This document shows, piece after piece, positions 13,206-26,475 of a stretch of 64,000 nucleotides of DNA. Within the stretch, counting starts at the first letter, position 1. Every line of letters starts with the position of its first letter. The notes under the pieces are model-generated. The model was given only the letters and a program-made list of their open reading frames with translations, had not been told where the DNA came from and ran no database searches. The stretch is from Mustelus asterias. Lineage: Eukaryota. The stretch is from positions 434,001-498,000 of the forward strand of contig NW_027590138.1 of the NCBI RefSeq assembly GCF_964213995.1, written 5' to 3'. The translations under genes were made by a program, and so were the position numbers.

Positions 13206-14014
13206 CTCTTTTAGTTGCGAGAAATAATATTATATTTCCCAGTTCCGATGACAGGTCACATTCAGTCTGTTTCTCTCTCCACAGAGGCTGCCTGACTTGT
13301 TGAGTATTTCCAGCCAAAAGAGAAAACGTTGGAAAATCTCAGCAGGTCTGGCAGCATCTGTAAGGAGACAGAAAGAGCTGAGGTTTCGAGTCCAGGTGAC
13401 CCTTTTGACAAAAACAGCAATTTGCTTTCATTCATGAATATTTCCAGCGTTTTCCGTTTGATGTCAACCAGACAATGTGTAAGAATTGTCACACCTGGAA
13501 CAGATGTCTCTTACTCAGGACACCCCAGCTCGGGTCTGGGTGGCCGAGGGAGGGGGGGGGGGGTGGGTAACGTTCACAATTTTATATTTGTGTCTGGTGT
13601 GAATAATACCTTAGATTAAACGGAGAAGTTTTTTAAACTGAGGAGAGTAACTGCATTTGGGCGCTGACTTTAAACAACATTAACAAGCCCGGGCTGCTGG
13701 AGAAACATTTTGGGATTTGTGAGCAGTCAGTTCCGGCTGGTTTGAAGTGAAATCCTGTCGGTGCTGCGGCAAATCTGAACTCAAACCAGACAAACTGGAA
13801 CCGCTGGGTTAGAGATTCCGGGTGTTGGGATGTGGAGGCTGGGGGAGGGGGAGATGGCGGTAAAACTCTGAGCCTGACTTCAGACAGGGTGAGCGGGGTA
13901 AAGGGGAGGAATGACAGGGTTAATGTGGGAGTCAGGGACAATAGCAGAAGGTGGGAAGCTCTGGAAAGGAGCAATGGGGGTAAAGGCCATCAAAGAATGC
14001 TTGTTTAAGATAAA

Positions 14015-15990
14015 AGCAAAATACTGAGGATGCTGGAATCTGAAACAGAAACAGAAAATGCTGGAAATCTCAGCGTCTGTGGAGAGAATGGAGTTAATGC
14101 TTCCAGTCTGGATGATCACAGATGCTGTCAGGCCTGCTGAGGTTTTCCAGCACTTTCTGTTTTTGATTAACTGAAGGTTCAGCAGGGAAAGAAGCAGCGA
14201 ACTGAACACACTGAACCCAGGGGGAGGGGGTGACCCAGGATAAGGGACAGGCGCCGCTCAGTGAGGCTCTGCAATGTCCATCAACACATCCACATTGAGA
14301 GCTGAGAGCGCCAAGGGGGAGGGAAAGGAGAAACTATTTGGGGCACAGCAAGAGGTCACCCCTCCCCCCACTCTGGGGTTCCACATCCCTCCCACACCTG
14401 GATAGGGTTGGCTCAAGGTGCAGGAAGCTGCAAGCTGAGAGGCTGAGCTGTGAACTGGGCCGGGTTGGGGGTTTGAGTGACAGTCCTGGGGCTATTTCAG
14501 GACAGGAACTGCCACAGATTCCCTCTTTTTCCTGGGACGTTTCAGTGGAGCTGTGTTGGTGAGTGTTTGCAATCTCTGTCTCACTGTCTCGGTAATGGGG
14601 GTGGGTTGTAGATTGCTGTGAGTGTTAGACTAAATAACCTCTCCTCATGCTGCCAGTTCCAGTCTGCAGACTCCATTTCTCAGTCCAGTTTGCTGCTCTG
14701 TCTCTCTGTACTTTGCTGCAGTGCTCCACATTCTGAGCAACATCCAGCCCATTGTTGTCACCCGAAATTTGCGGCAAACTACCTTCACTGTGGCACAGTG
14801 GTTAGCACTGCTGCCTCACTGAGTCTGGGTTCGATTCCAGTGGTGGGTGACTGTCTCTCTGGAGTTTGCTCAGGAAGAAGTCTCATAACACCAGGTTAAA
14901 GTCCAATAAGTTTATTTGGAATCAAAGTAAATTATTGCGGATGCTGGAATTTGAGACCAAAAGAGAAATTGCTGGAAAATCTCAGCCGATATGGCAGGAT
15001 CTGTAAGGAGAGAAAAGAACTGATGCTTCGAGTCCACATGACTCTTTATCAAAGCTTTGACAAAGAGTCATCTGGTCTCGAAATGTCAGCTCTTTTCTGT
15101 CCTTACAGATGTTGCCAAACCTGCTGAGATTTTCCAGCATTCTCTCTTTTGGTTATTTGGAATCACGAGCTTTCAGAGCACTGCTCCTTCATCAGCGCTC
15201 TGAAAGCTTGTGGTTCCAAATAAACCTGTTGTTCTTTAACCTTATGTCGTGAGGCTTCTTACTGTGCTCACCCCAGTTCAGCGCTGGCATCTCCACCTCA
15301 TGTGTGGAATTTGCACAATCTCCCTCTGTCTGTGTGCATTTCCTCTGGGTGCTCCGGTTTTTTCTCATAGCCCAAAGATGTGCAGGTTTGGTAAATTTGT
15401 CCCTTGGTGTCCAAGATATGTAGTGTCTAATTTGATTTATTATTGTCGCATGTTCTGGGATACGGTGAAAAGTATTATTTCTTGCGTGCTATACAGAAAA
15501 AAAATAAATTGATAGAGTACATAGAGGGAAAGGAAAAGAGGAGGTGCAGAATATATTGTTGCCGTTGCAGTACCGACTCGATGGATCGAATGGCCTCTTT
15601 CTGCACTGTATGGATTCGATGATTCGTGAATTCCGGCGAACAACTTTTGAATGGAGGGGTTTCTGAGGCGCCGAGCATTGTGGGAATTGTGACCGCCATT
15701 AGTCAGTGACTGACTATAAATATTTAATTGCAGGCTGAGGGCAGGTCAGCAACCTGAATCCTCAGCAACCTGAATCCACAGGCTGCCTGGCCTGATGAAT
15801 ATCTCCAGTATTTATTTTCTTTGTCCCAGAAACAGTCTCTACAGAGTTTTGTTTCTGTGTTACTGTTTTATAGGTTCGAGTTTAGAAACACAGTTAGGAG
15901 CTGGCATGAATCAAGCTGTCTGTTGGATGCAGAACTCAGTTCCTGGCCCCCCGTGTGGGTTTTTTTATTGTTGCTTCAGTCTGAACTCTA
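14015..15990. repeat. Left arm of second inverted duplication (partner ~46780-48600); 5' exon/intron region of a ZNF gene
   Basis: 14338-14562(+) = 48055-48303(-); 14618-14899(+) = 47763-47999(-). Donor TGTTG|GTGAGT at about 14538. Confidence 0.88.
14790..15622 (+). mobile_element. Nested SINE / inverted Penelope family-A terminus / palindromic family-B terminus
   Basis: SINE head 14790-14870 resumes at about 15300. Family-A inverted unit ~14873-15300 contains a family-B palindrome ~14925-15152. Confidence 0.7.
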
Positions 15991-16179
15991 TTCATAACTT
16001 GCCTCTGTGGGTTCTCTCTCAATCCAGCTGCGTTTTTCCAGCACCTTCTCCTTTAATTTTAAGTGGAACATTAATATCTGCTTAGTACACAGGGCAATTA
16101 ATCACAAATTCAGAGGAATGTATTAAAAAAATTAATTCATCTCAATTGCACCAGATAGTTTTCTATTATGTCTTTGACA

Positions 16180-16630
16180 ATGGCGCCGTTAATTCCCAAG
16201 CACGCCTGCGGGTGGGAAAGTGTCCTCTTCATTCCACAGGAGCCTATTGCGCAGGCGCAGTGCTGAATCTGGAGTGTGCGCAGTGCCACTTTGCTCTCAG
16301 CCCTGCGAGTGCGGGGGACGCTTTTTCCAGCGGGTGAGAGTCAGTGTGGCGGAGGGAGGAATGGAGTCGGGGTGGGGAGGGAGCGGAGGCTTCACAAATG
16401 CCCGCTCCAGATTGCAAGGCCCAAATAAGACCATGCCGGTTCCGGGTTTGCAGCTCCCGGGGTTTTTTCTCGGGAACAGACCCCGGTTTTCGGTCGCCAT
16501 CTTGTTTCAGCGGGGAAGGAGAGCGCATGCGCTGCAGTCGGTGGCAGGTCACAATGGGCGTGGTTTCAGGGGCTGGTTCAGAACCTCTATCTTCAGAGGG
16601 ACAATACGTAGCAGGGCGCATGCGCAGCTA
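16180..16630. promoter_or_regulatory. CpG-rich promoter-like region
   Basis: Perfect NRF1 palindromes GCGCATGCGC at 16523-16532 and 16616-16625, YY1-like CGCCATCTT at about 16496, high CpG density. Confidence 0.65.
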
Positions 16631-16719
16631 TCCAAGAACATCGGAATAAGAACATAAGAATTCGGGACAGGAGCCCGTCATTCGGCCCATCGAGCCTGCT
16701 GCATCATTCAATAAGATCA

Positions 16720-18015
16720 TGTCTACTTTGGAGAGGCTGGATAGACTGGGACTTTTTTCTCTGGAGCATAGGAGGCTGAGGGGTGATCTTATAGAGGTCT
16801 ATAAAATACTGAGGGGCACAGATCAGCTAGATGGTCAATATCTTTTCCCAAAGGTAGGGCAGTCTAAAACTAGAGGGCAAGGGTTTAAGGTGAGAGGGGA
16901 GCGATACGAAAGTGCCCAGAGGAGCAATTTGTTCACACAGAGAGTCATAGAGTCAGAGAAGTCTACAGCATGGAAACAGGCCCTTCGGCCCTCCTTGTCC
17001 ATGCCGTCTTTATATTAAAATCCCAATTGCCCGCATTTGTCCCATATCCCTCTATACCCATCGTACCCAAGTAACTGTCTAAATGCTTTTTAAAAGACAA
17101 AATTGTACACACCTCTACTACTACCTCTGGCAGCTTGTTCCAGACACTCATCATCCTCTGTGTGAAAAAATTGTCCCTCTGGACACTTTTATCTCTCCCC
17201 TCTCAACTTAAACCTATGCCCTCTAGTTTTAGACTCCCCTACTTTTGGGAAAAGATATTGACCAGCTGATCTATGTCCCTCATTATTTTATAGACCTCTA
17301 AAAGATCACCCCTCAGCTTCCTATGCTCCAGAGAAAAGTCCCAGTCTATCCAGCCTCTCCTTATAATTCAATCCATCAAGTCCCGGTAGCATCCTCGTAA
17401 ATCTTTTCTGCACTCTTTCTAGTTTGATAATATCCTTTCTATAATAGGGTGACCAGAATTGCACACAGTATTCCAAGTGTGGCCTTACCAATGTCTTGTA
17501 CAACTTCAACAAGACGTCCCAACACCTGTATTCAATGTTCTGACCGATGAAACCAAGCATGCTGAATGCCGCCTTCACCAGTCTGTCCACCTGTGACTCC
17601 ACTTTCAAGGAGCTATGAACATGTACCCCTAGATCTCTTTGTTCTGTAACTCTCCCCAACTCCCTATCATTAATTGAGTAAGTTCTGCCCTGGTTCAATC
17701 TACCAAAATGCATCACCTCGCATTTGTCTAAATTAAACTCCATCTGCCATTCGTCAGCCCACTGGTCCAATTGATCAAGATCCCATTGTAATTCGATAGC
17801 GTGGTGAGTGTCTGGAACAAGCTGCCAGAGGTAGTAGTAGAAGCAGGTACAATTTTGTCTTTTAAAAAGCATTTAGATAGTTACATGCGTATGATGGGTA
17901 GAGAGGGATATGGGCCAAATGCGGGCAATTGGGACCAGTTTAGGGGTTTTGAAAAAAGGCGGCATGGACAAGTTGGGCCAAAGGGCCATTTTCCATGCTG
18001 TAAATCTCTATGACT
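16720..18015. mobile_element. CR1 3' fragment (+) interrupted by an antisense CR1 of the same subfamily (16946-~17792, -)
   Basis: The plus copy runs ...FTQR at 16945 and resumes GTGGTGAGTGTCTGGAAC at about 17801. The inner minus copy has an RT C-terminus (RPHLEYC) and its own tail. Confidence 0.85.
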
Positions 18016-18252
18016 TTGCTACCCCCACCCCATCCATACCCATGAGTTTCTTGTGGTTCAGAACCTCAGCTTTGAATATATTCAATGACCTGCCTCCAAT
18101 CCTCACTGGTGAAGACAGAGTTCCAAAGATCAACAGGCCACTGAGAAAAAAGATCTCTCCATCTTAACCTTAAATCCTTTATTTTTCCTTGATTCCCACA
18201 CCAAAGGAAGCATCCTCTCAGCATCTACGTTGTCAAGCACCTTATATCATAT

Positions 18253-18570
18253 GAATCATAGAATCCCTACAGTGCAGAAGGAGGCCATTCAGCCCATCAA
18301 GTCTGTATCGACCACAATCCCACCCAGGCCCCATCCCCACAACCCCCTGCTTTTACACTGCTAATCCCCCTGACACGAGGGTCAATTTAGCATGGCCGGT
18401 CCACCACACCCGTACATCTTTGGACTGTGGGAGGAAACCGGAGCACCCTGAGGAAACTCACACAGACATGGGGAAAATGTGCAAACTCCACAAAGACAGT
18501 GACCCAAGGCCGGAATTGAACCTGGGACCCTGGCGCTGTGAGGCAGCAATGCTAACCACGATGCCACCCT
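18253..18570 (-). mobile_element. HE1-type SINE
   Basis: Full head, core and tail on the minus strand. Confidence 0.88.
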
Positions 18571-19096
18571 TAAATTCCCAGATGTTTCAATAAGATTATT
18601 TCTCAGTCTTCTAAACTCCAAAGAGTACAGACCCAAGCTGCTCAACCTGAACGGAATCAACCAATTGGATCTTCTCTGAACTGCCTCCACTGCAATTTTG
18701 TCCCAGCTAAAGTAATTCTGTGCAGGTAACAGGAGAGGATGTTTTGAATTTCTGTTCTGGACAAATGCTGATGGATTTTGGAAACTCCTTTTACAGGGGG
18801 TTAGAAGGGGAGGATTTACTCACAGCAAACTCAGACCAAAAGAAATGTTTGTCTGTCCTGAATTACAAACCTTGAATTACAACTATAACTTTCCTCATTT
18901 ACAGGGACAAGATTTGAAGATTGCAACATTTTGCCCGGACACCAAACTCTCTGAGATCTTTGCAGATGTAGACTCCAGCAGATTTAAAATGTTGAAAACA
19001 GTGAAATTGTTTTGGGGTGAGTGTTGGTGAGCATTAATTTAAATTTAGAGCATGCTCTGATTCCATGGATCTCGGGCTATTGTGGCTCCTTTGCCA

Positions 19097-19350
19097 ATGG
19101 TGCAGTATTAGTGTCATTGGACTAGTAATACAGGGATCCAGGGCAATACACTGTGAACCCTGGGTTCGAATCCCACAATGGCCAGATGTTGAAATTTGAA
19201 TTCAGTACAAATCTAGAATTAGAAGTCCATTGATGACAATTGTTGTAAAAATTCATCCAATTTAATAATGTCCTTTAAAGAAGGAAATTACTACATCCCC
19301 CAGCAATGCAAGCCACTCAGTTCAAGGGCAATAGATGCTGACGCAGCCAG
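19097..19350 (+). mobile_element. Older tRNA-derived SINE (second family, possibly Deu-domain type)
   Basis: B box GGGTTCGAATCCCAC followed by GAAATTTGAATTCA and GAAGGAAAT segments distinct from the HE1-type core. Confidence 0.55.
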
Positions 19351-19351
19351 C

Positions 19352-20600
19352 ACATAGAGTCCTAGAGCAATACAGCACAGAAACAGACGCTTCGGCCCAA
19401 CTGATCCATGCCAACCATGGTGCCCACCCAGCTAGTCCCAATTGCCCGTGTTTGGCTCATATCCCTCGAATCCTTTCCAATTCATGTACTTCTCCAAATG
19501 CTTTTTAAATGTTTAAACCTGCTGTTTGAACCTACCTCAACCACTTTCTCTGGCAGCTCATTCCATGTACGCACCACCCTCTGCATGAAGACGTTGCCCC
19601 TCAGGTCCCTTTTAATCTTTCCCCTCTCACCTTAAACCTATGCCCTCTAGTTTTCAATTCTCCTACCCTGGCAAAAAGACAATGTGGGTTCATCCAATCT
19701 ATGCCCCTCATGATTTAATACACCTCATTATAGTCACCCCACATTCTCCTACGTTCGAAGGAATAAAGCCCTTACCTGTCCAACCTCTCGTGATCACTCA
19801 GGCCCATTAGTCCCGGCAACATCCTCATAAATCTTCTTTGCACTCTTTCCAGTTTATCAATGTCTTTCCTATAACAGGGTTACAAAAACTCTACACAATA
19901 CTCCAAGTGCAGCCTCACCAACGACTCATACAACTATAACATAATGTCCCAACTCCTACACTCAGTGCCCTGACTGATGAAGGCCAGTGTGCTAAATGCC
20001 TTCTTCACCACTCTGTCTACCTGTGACGCCACTTTCAACAAACTATATACTTGTACTCCTAGGTTCCTCTGTTCCCCAACACTCCCCAGGGCCTTACCAT
20101 TCACTTTATAAGTTCTACCCTGATTTGACTTTCCAAAATGCAACACTCACACTTAAGACCATAAGACATAGGAGCAGAATTAGGCCACTCGGCCCATCGA
20201 GTCTGCTCCGCCATTCAATCATGGCTGATATTTTTCTCATCCCCATTCTCCTGCCTTTTTCCCATAACCCCAGATCCCCTTATTAATCAAGAACCTATCT
20301 ATCTCTGTCTTAAAGACAGTCAATGACCTGGTCTCCACAGCCTTCTGCGGCAAAGAGTTCCACAAATTCACCACTCTCTGGCTGAAGAAATTCCTCCTTA
20401 TCTCTGTTTTAAAGGATCGTCCCTTTAGCCTGAGGTTGTGCCTCTGTACTCTGTATTATTTGTACTAAAATCCATTTGCCAATCATCGGCCCACTTCCCT
20501 AACCGATCAACTGATCAAGATCCCCCTGTAATTTTTGATAACCTTCTTCACTATCAGCGATACCTCCTAATTTAGTATCGTCTGCAAACTTACTAACCAT
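19352..20600 (-). mobile_element. CR1 3' fragment with nested younger CR1 tail fragment (~20155-20445)
   Basis: MLHFGKSN...VVKKAF motifs; the nested piece ends in a CTTATGGTCTTA-type tail. Confidence 0.85.
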
Positions 20601-20851
20601 CCTTTTTATGGATTTTTAAACGGCCATCCATTTCTGTGTTTCACCTCTGCCCTCCCTGATCAGCTCTCTGCCATTGTCTACCTTCCTCTGCCTCTAATAA
20701 TGGGTGTATTTTAACTATTATTTCCGCAAGCTATGTCTTGATGAGGTCTTTACCACTTCACAACTCTATTCACTGCTGATTTACCAGCTTAGTCTTACAA
20801 TGTTCAGGAATTGTTTCTCTTCCACTGGAGATCATTTCCCTTCCACTTCTA

Positions 20852-21935
20852 ACAACAAAGAACAATACAGCACAGGAACAGGCCCTTCGGCCCTCCAAGC
20901 CCATGCCGCTCCCTGGCCCAACTAGACCATTCTTTTGTATCCCTCCATTCCCACTCCATTCATATGGCTATCTAGATAAGTCTTAAACGTTCCCAGTGTG
21001 TCCGCCTCCACCACCTTGCCTGGCAGCGCATTCCAGGCCCCCACCACCCTCTGTGTAAAATATGTCCTTCTGATATCTGTGTTAAACCTCCCCCCCTTCA
21101 CCTTGAACCTCTGATCCCTCGTGAACGTCACCACCGACCTGGGGAAAAGCTTCCCACCGTTCACCCTATCTATGCCTTTCATAATTTTATACACCTATTA
21201 AGTCTCCCCTCATCCTCCATCTTACCAGGGAAAACAACCCCAGTTTACCCAATCTCTCCTCATAACTAAGCCCCTCCATATCAGGCAACATCCTGGTAAA
21301 CCTCCTCTGTACTCTCTCCAAAGCTTCCACGTCCTTCTGGTAGTGTGGCGACCAGAACTGGATGCAGTATTCCAAATGCGGCTGAACCAACGTTCTATAC
21401 ATCTGCAACATCAGACCCCAACTTTTATACTCTATGCCCCGTCCTATAAAGGCAAGCATGCCATATGCCTTCTTCACCACCTTCTCCACCTGTGATGTCA
21501 CCTTCAAGGATCTGTGGACTTGCACACCCAGGTCCCTCTGCGTATCTACACCCTTTATGGTTCTGCCATTTATCGTATAGCTCCTCCCTACATTATTTCT
21601 ACCAAAATGCATCACTTCGCATTGATCAGGATTGAACTCCATCTGCCATTTCTTTGCTCAAATTTCCAGCCTATCTATATCCTTCTGTAGCTTCTGACAA
21701 TGCTCCTCACTATCTGCAAGTCCTGCCAATTTTGTGTCGTCCGCAAACTTACTGATCACCCCAGTTACACCTTCTTCCAGATCGTTTATATAAATCACAA
21801 ACAGCAGAGGTCCCAATACAGAGCCCTGCGGAACACCACTAGTCACAGGCCTCCAGCCGGAAAAAGACCCTTCCACTACCACCCTCTGTCTTCTGTGACC
21901 AAGGCAGTTCTCCACCCATCTCGCCACCTCCCCCA
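20852..21935 (-). mobile_element. CR1-clade LINE 5'-truncated (RT part)
   Basis: [25 protein letters not shown] motifs; tail TTCTTTGTTGTT. Confidence 0.92.
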
Positions 21936-22803
21936 TTCTGAGCTTATATTGACCAACAAAATCTGATACATTTTTATTCCCTGTAATTCATTCTGCCCAC
22001 CCTGAAACGTTAATCTTCTTTCTGTCTAAAAGGATGGTCTCTTTCCTCATGTACACAATTAAAGGGCAGGAGATGGCTGACATTTAAGGGGACAGTAAAT
22101 TAATATAGAACAGAGATATGTCTAGTGTTATTATATGGTACCCAGATTAGATATATTATTTATGTTTCTGTAATAAAATACATTTATTATTATTTCTTGC
22201 ATTGTAATATAATACTGTAGCAATGTTATACATTTCCAATCATAAAGTCATTACAGCACAGAAGGAATCAATTTGGTAACTCGAGTCCATGCTGACTCTC
22301 TGTATAACATTCCAGTCCCATTCCCACTCTACATCCCCATTCTCCTGAAAGTTTATTTCCTTCAAGTGCCCATCCACTTTCATTTTTAAATAGAATCCTA
22401 TTCTGAATTTCTATCCTGTACTGACACTGATGATATGTGTAAACTCATTTCACAGGATATTGAAAGAGGAATCACAGCCCGAAATCTCAAACATCACGTC
22501 AGATCTGACAGAGTCATATTTCTTGGGAGCTGAATATCATCGGACTTTGAATCTAGAAGGAAAAATGGTTGTCCGGTCTGTTGATTTGAAAAGATTTCAA
22601 ACATCAGTGTGACTGGAAAAGCACCAACACTCTGCCACACTCGAGTGAGAGTGTTCCAGTGCACTGACTAAAGAGCTTTAACCAGTTACACAGCCTGAAT
22701 AACTATCACACCATTCACAGCGGGGAGAGACTGTACCTGTGTTGTGTGTGGACGAGGCTTCAATTGATTGTCCACACAAGACAAAGGCAAGGACACCTGC
22801 ACC

Positions 22804-23478
22804 ATGGAGAAACCATGGAAATGTGCAGACTGTGGGAAGGGATACAGATACCCAAATGAGCTGGAAGCTCATCGGCGCAACCACACTGGGGAGAGGCCCT
22901 TCACCTGCTCTCAGTGTGGGAAGGGATTCACTCAGTCATCCAGCCTGCAGACACACCAGCGAGTTCACACTGGGGAGAGACCATTCACGTGCTCTCAGTG
23001 TGGGAAGGGATTCACTCAGTCATCCAGCCTGCAGACACACCAGCGAGTTCACACTGGGGAGAGGCCATTCACCTGCTCTCAGTGTGGGAAGGGATTCACT
23101 CGGTCATCCAATCTGCGGGCACATGAGCGCATTCATACTGGGGAGAGGCCATTCACCTGCCCTCAGTGTGGGAAGGGATTCACTCAGTCAACCCACCTGC
23201 GAATACACCAGCGAGTTCACACTGGAGAGAGACCGTTCACCTGCTCTCAGTGTGAGAAGGGATTCTGTGATTCATCCAGCCTGCTGTCACACCAGCGAGT
23301 TCACACTGGGGAGAGGCCATTCACCTGCTCTCAATGTGGGAAGGGATTCACTCGGTCATCCTGCCTGCGGACACACCAGCGAGTTCACACTGGAGAGAGG
23401 CCCTTCACCTGCCCTGTGTGTGAGAAGAGATTCAGTCGGTCATCCCACCTGCTGAGACACCAGCGAGTTCACAAATGA
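22804..23478 (+). CDS. C2H2 zinc-finger protein, 8 fingers
   Basis: ATG 22804 MEKPWKC..., 8 intact fingers, TGA 23476-23478. Paralog of 7166-7672. Confidence 0.82.
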   Translation: MEKPWKCADCGKGYRYPNELEAHRRNHTGERPFTCSQCGKGFTQSSSLQTHQRVHTGERPFTCSQCGKGFTQSSSLQTHQRVHTGERPFTCSQCGKGFTRSSNLRAHERIHTGERPFTCPQCGKGFTQSTHLRIHQRVHTGERPFTCSQCEKGFCDSSSLLSHQRVHTGERPFTCSQCGKGFTRSSCLRTHQRVHTGERPFTCPVCEKRFSRSSHLLRHQRVHK

Positions 23479-25674
23479 TTCCAGGGGTTGGATTCTGCTG
23501 TTATTGTTTCTGCTCTCAATTACATCCAGGACTGCATTTTGTTCATTCTCACAGTTGGTCAATGGGGAGGGTCGGAGGGTTTCTTTCTGCTGGACTGGCC
23601 GGTCTCACAACTTTGTCTCCAGTGAGCTGATGCTCTTTGAGTCTTGTTGCGAATACCTGGTTTCAAATTTCAGACGGATCACAGAGTGACAGGGTGTTAG
23701 GAAGTTAAGAAATAGTCACTATTTCTGTTTGAAACTCCCCCAGATGTCCATCCAATTTCCTTTGTAATTGTTTATTGTCTCCACTTCCTCCACCCTCGTA
23801 GGCAGCGAGTTCCAGGTCATTATCATTCGCTGCATCAAAATATTCTTCCTCATATACCCCCCCCCCCCTCCCCCCCGCATCTCTGACCCAAAACCTTAAC
23901 TCTATGCCCCCTTATTCTTGTGCCATCAGCTAATGGGAACAGCTTTTCTTTGTCCACCTCATCTAAACCTGTCAGAATCTTGTCCACCTCTATCAAATCT
24001 CCCCTCAACCTCCTTTCCTCCAAGAGGAACAACCTCAGCCTGACATCGACAATAAAGAACAAACTAACAGAATATGTTAGTACCTGAAATCAAATGGGAA
24101 TGTTTAATTTCTGTTTTAAAGATATTGTGAATATATTGTCCTGGACAATAAAGGAATTGGAATAACTCACCTTGGGTGTGGTTGAATGGAATATATCAAT
24201 CTGGTATCCACCTACAGTCTAGTGAAAGTTTTGGAATGTGTAGCTGGAAATCCCTCCCTAACAGCACTGTGAGCGTACTTACACCTCAGGCATTGTAGCA
24301 GTTCAAGAAGGCAGTGTTGGTGCTGATCGTGGCCAAGGCAGCTACATACAGCCACATATTCTGTTATAATTGAAGGACTGCAGATTGAATGTGAGGCATT
24401 ATGGGACTGGACTATCTTGACCACATTCCTGTGACTGCTCAGTTTCTGCAATCACGGACCATTAAACTGCTTAGCAGGGTCCTGACAGAGGACTTGGTGA
24501 GAATATTTACTCAGAATGAGTTAGAATTAAACTGGGGCGGCACGGTGGCACAGTGGTTAGCACTGCTGCCTCACAGCGCCAGGAACCCGGGAACTCAGAA
24601 CAAGAAACTTATCGATTAAAATGATTAGAGAATAGAGCCAATCTTTCGAGTCTGGATGACACTTCGTAAGAGCTCTTATAAAGGGACATCCAGACTCGAA
24701 ACATTGGCTCTATTCTCGCTCCACAGATGCTGTCAGACCTGCTGAGATCTTGCAGCATTTTCTGTTTTTGTTTCAGATTCCAGCATCCGCAGTATTTTAC
24801 TTTTATGATAAAATGATTCGGTCTGATTGGAATCCCCACGACCCTCCCGCAAAACAGAGGGAGTGGTGGCAAAGGGAGAAAAAGGATAAGGATGATAAAG
24901 TCTGGGTTCTGATTCTCTGAGCCCATGTAGGATTAACAAAATGAGTGAATCAATTTATAAAGAACAGAAGTTACCCATCCCTAACAAAAACTGATCAAAT
25001 TAAGTAGGTTGAGGAATAAAACAAAAAAATTAATAGATGAAGTTTAAAATCATTTGTTTTGTTTTAAACTTGTGTAAAGTGACATAATTGTGGGCCAAGT
25101 TTTTGCTGCTCACTCCCCACCCCTTTAGGTTCTGTCAAAAAGTTAACCCTTTCAGCAGACAGTTCATTTGTTTTTAAATCGCCCGAAAACTCATGTCTAT
25201 TTTAGTTTATAATTGAAGATTTATGGGAATTGGCGAAGATGGTCTTTTGACATTTTTAAAGTATAAAAAAGTGGTCTTGAGAAGGCAATTTGGGAGAGAG
25301 GTGGAGAGAGATATGTTTACAGAGAGGTGTGGAGAGCTGTTGGTTTTACAAGTTATCCATGTTTTTGGAGCGGTCACTTCATGTCCTGGTCTGAGAGGGA
25401 TGGAGAGAAGTCTGTTCAATTGTTAATGTTAAACTTTCTCTATTAATTGTTAATTGACATTCTGTTTTTTATCTTTCTGACTTGTTACATTTTTAATGAT
25501 TAATAAACTTTCTGAATTCATGATTTAAAGTGTTCTTTCTTGCCATATGGTTAAGACACTGGAACCTGGTGTGATTTACGATTAGGGAGGTTATTGTAAA
25601 CAAGAGAACCCCCATAAATCTTAGTTCAAATAAATCAAAGTTCTGACAAATGGAATGTTATCCTTTATTATTCC

Positions 25675-26475
25675 GGACAAATGTGAGGTAATGCATTTTG
25701 GAAGGTCTAATACAGATAGGAAATATACAGTAAATGGCAGAACCCTTAAGAGTATTGATAGGCAAAGGGATCTGGGTGTACAGGTACACAGGTCACTGAA
25801 AGTGGCAATGCAGGTGGAGAAGGTAGTCAAGAAGGCATACGGCATGCGTGCCTTCATCGGCCGGGGTATTGAGTTTAAAATTTGGCAAGTTATGTTGCAG
25901 CTTTATAGAACCTTAGTTAGGCCGCACTTGAAATATAGTGTTCAATTCTGGTCGCCACACTACCAGAAGGATGTGGAGGCTTTGGAGAGGGTACAGAATA
26001 GATTTACCAGGATGTTGTCTGGTATGGAGCGCATTAGCTCTGAGGAGAGGTTGGAGCAACTTGGTTTGCTCTCACTAGAGCGATGGAGCTTGAGGGGAGA
26101 CCTGATAGAAGTCTACAAAATTATGAGAGGCATGGACAGAGTGGATAGTTAGAAGCTTTTTCCCAGGGTGGAAGAGTCAATTACTAGGGAGCACAGGTTT
26201 AAGGTGCGAAGGGCAAGGTTTAAAGGAGATGTATGAGGCAGAGTTTTTACACAGAGAGTGGTGGGTGCCTGGAACTCGTTGGCGAGGGAGGGAGTGGAAG
26301 CGGATACGGTCGTGACTATTAAGGGGCGTCTTGACAAGAACATGAATAGGATGGGAATAGAGGGATATGGTCCCTGGAAGGGTAGGGGTTTTTAGTTAAG
26401 TCGGGCAGCATGGTCAGTGCAGGCTTGGAGGGCCGAAGGGCCTGTTCCTGTGCTGTACTTTTCTTTGTTCTTTGT
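25675..26475 (+). mobile_element. CR1 3' fragment
   Basis: DKCEVMHFG...RPHL..SVQFWSP...LRGDLIEV; tail TTCTTTGTTCTTTGTTC. Confidence 0.9.

Noticed and set aside
22739-23455. Long alternative-frame and antisense ORFs over ZNF arrays ([15 protein letters not shown] type)
   Set aside because: Shadow frames of the 84-bp finger repeat.
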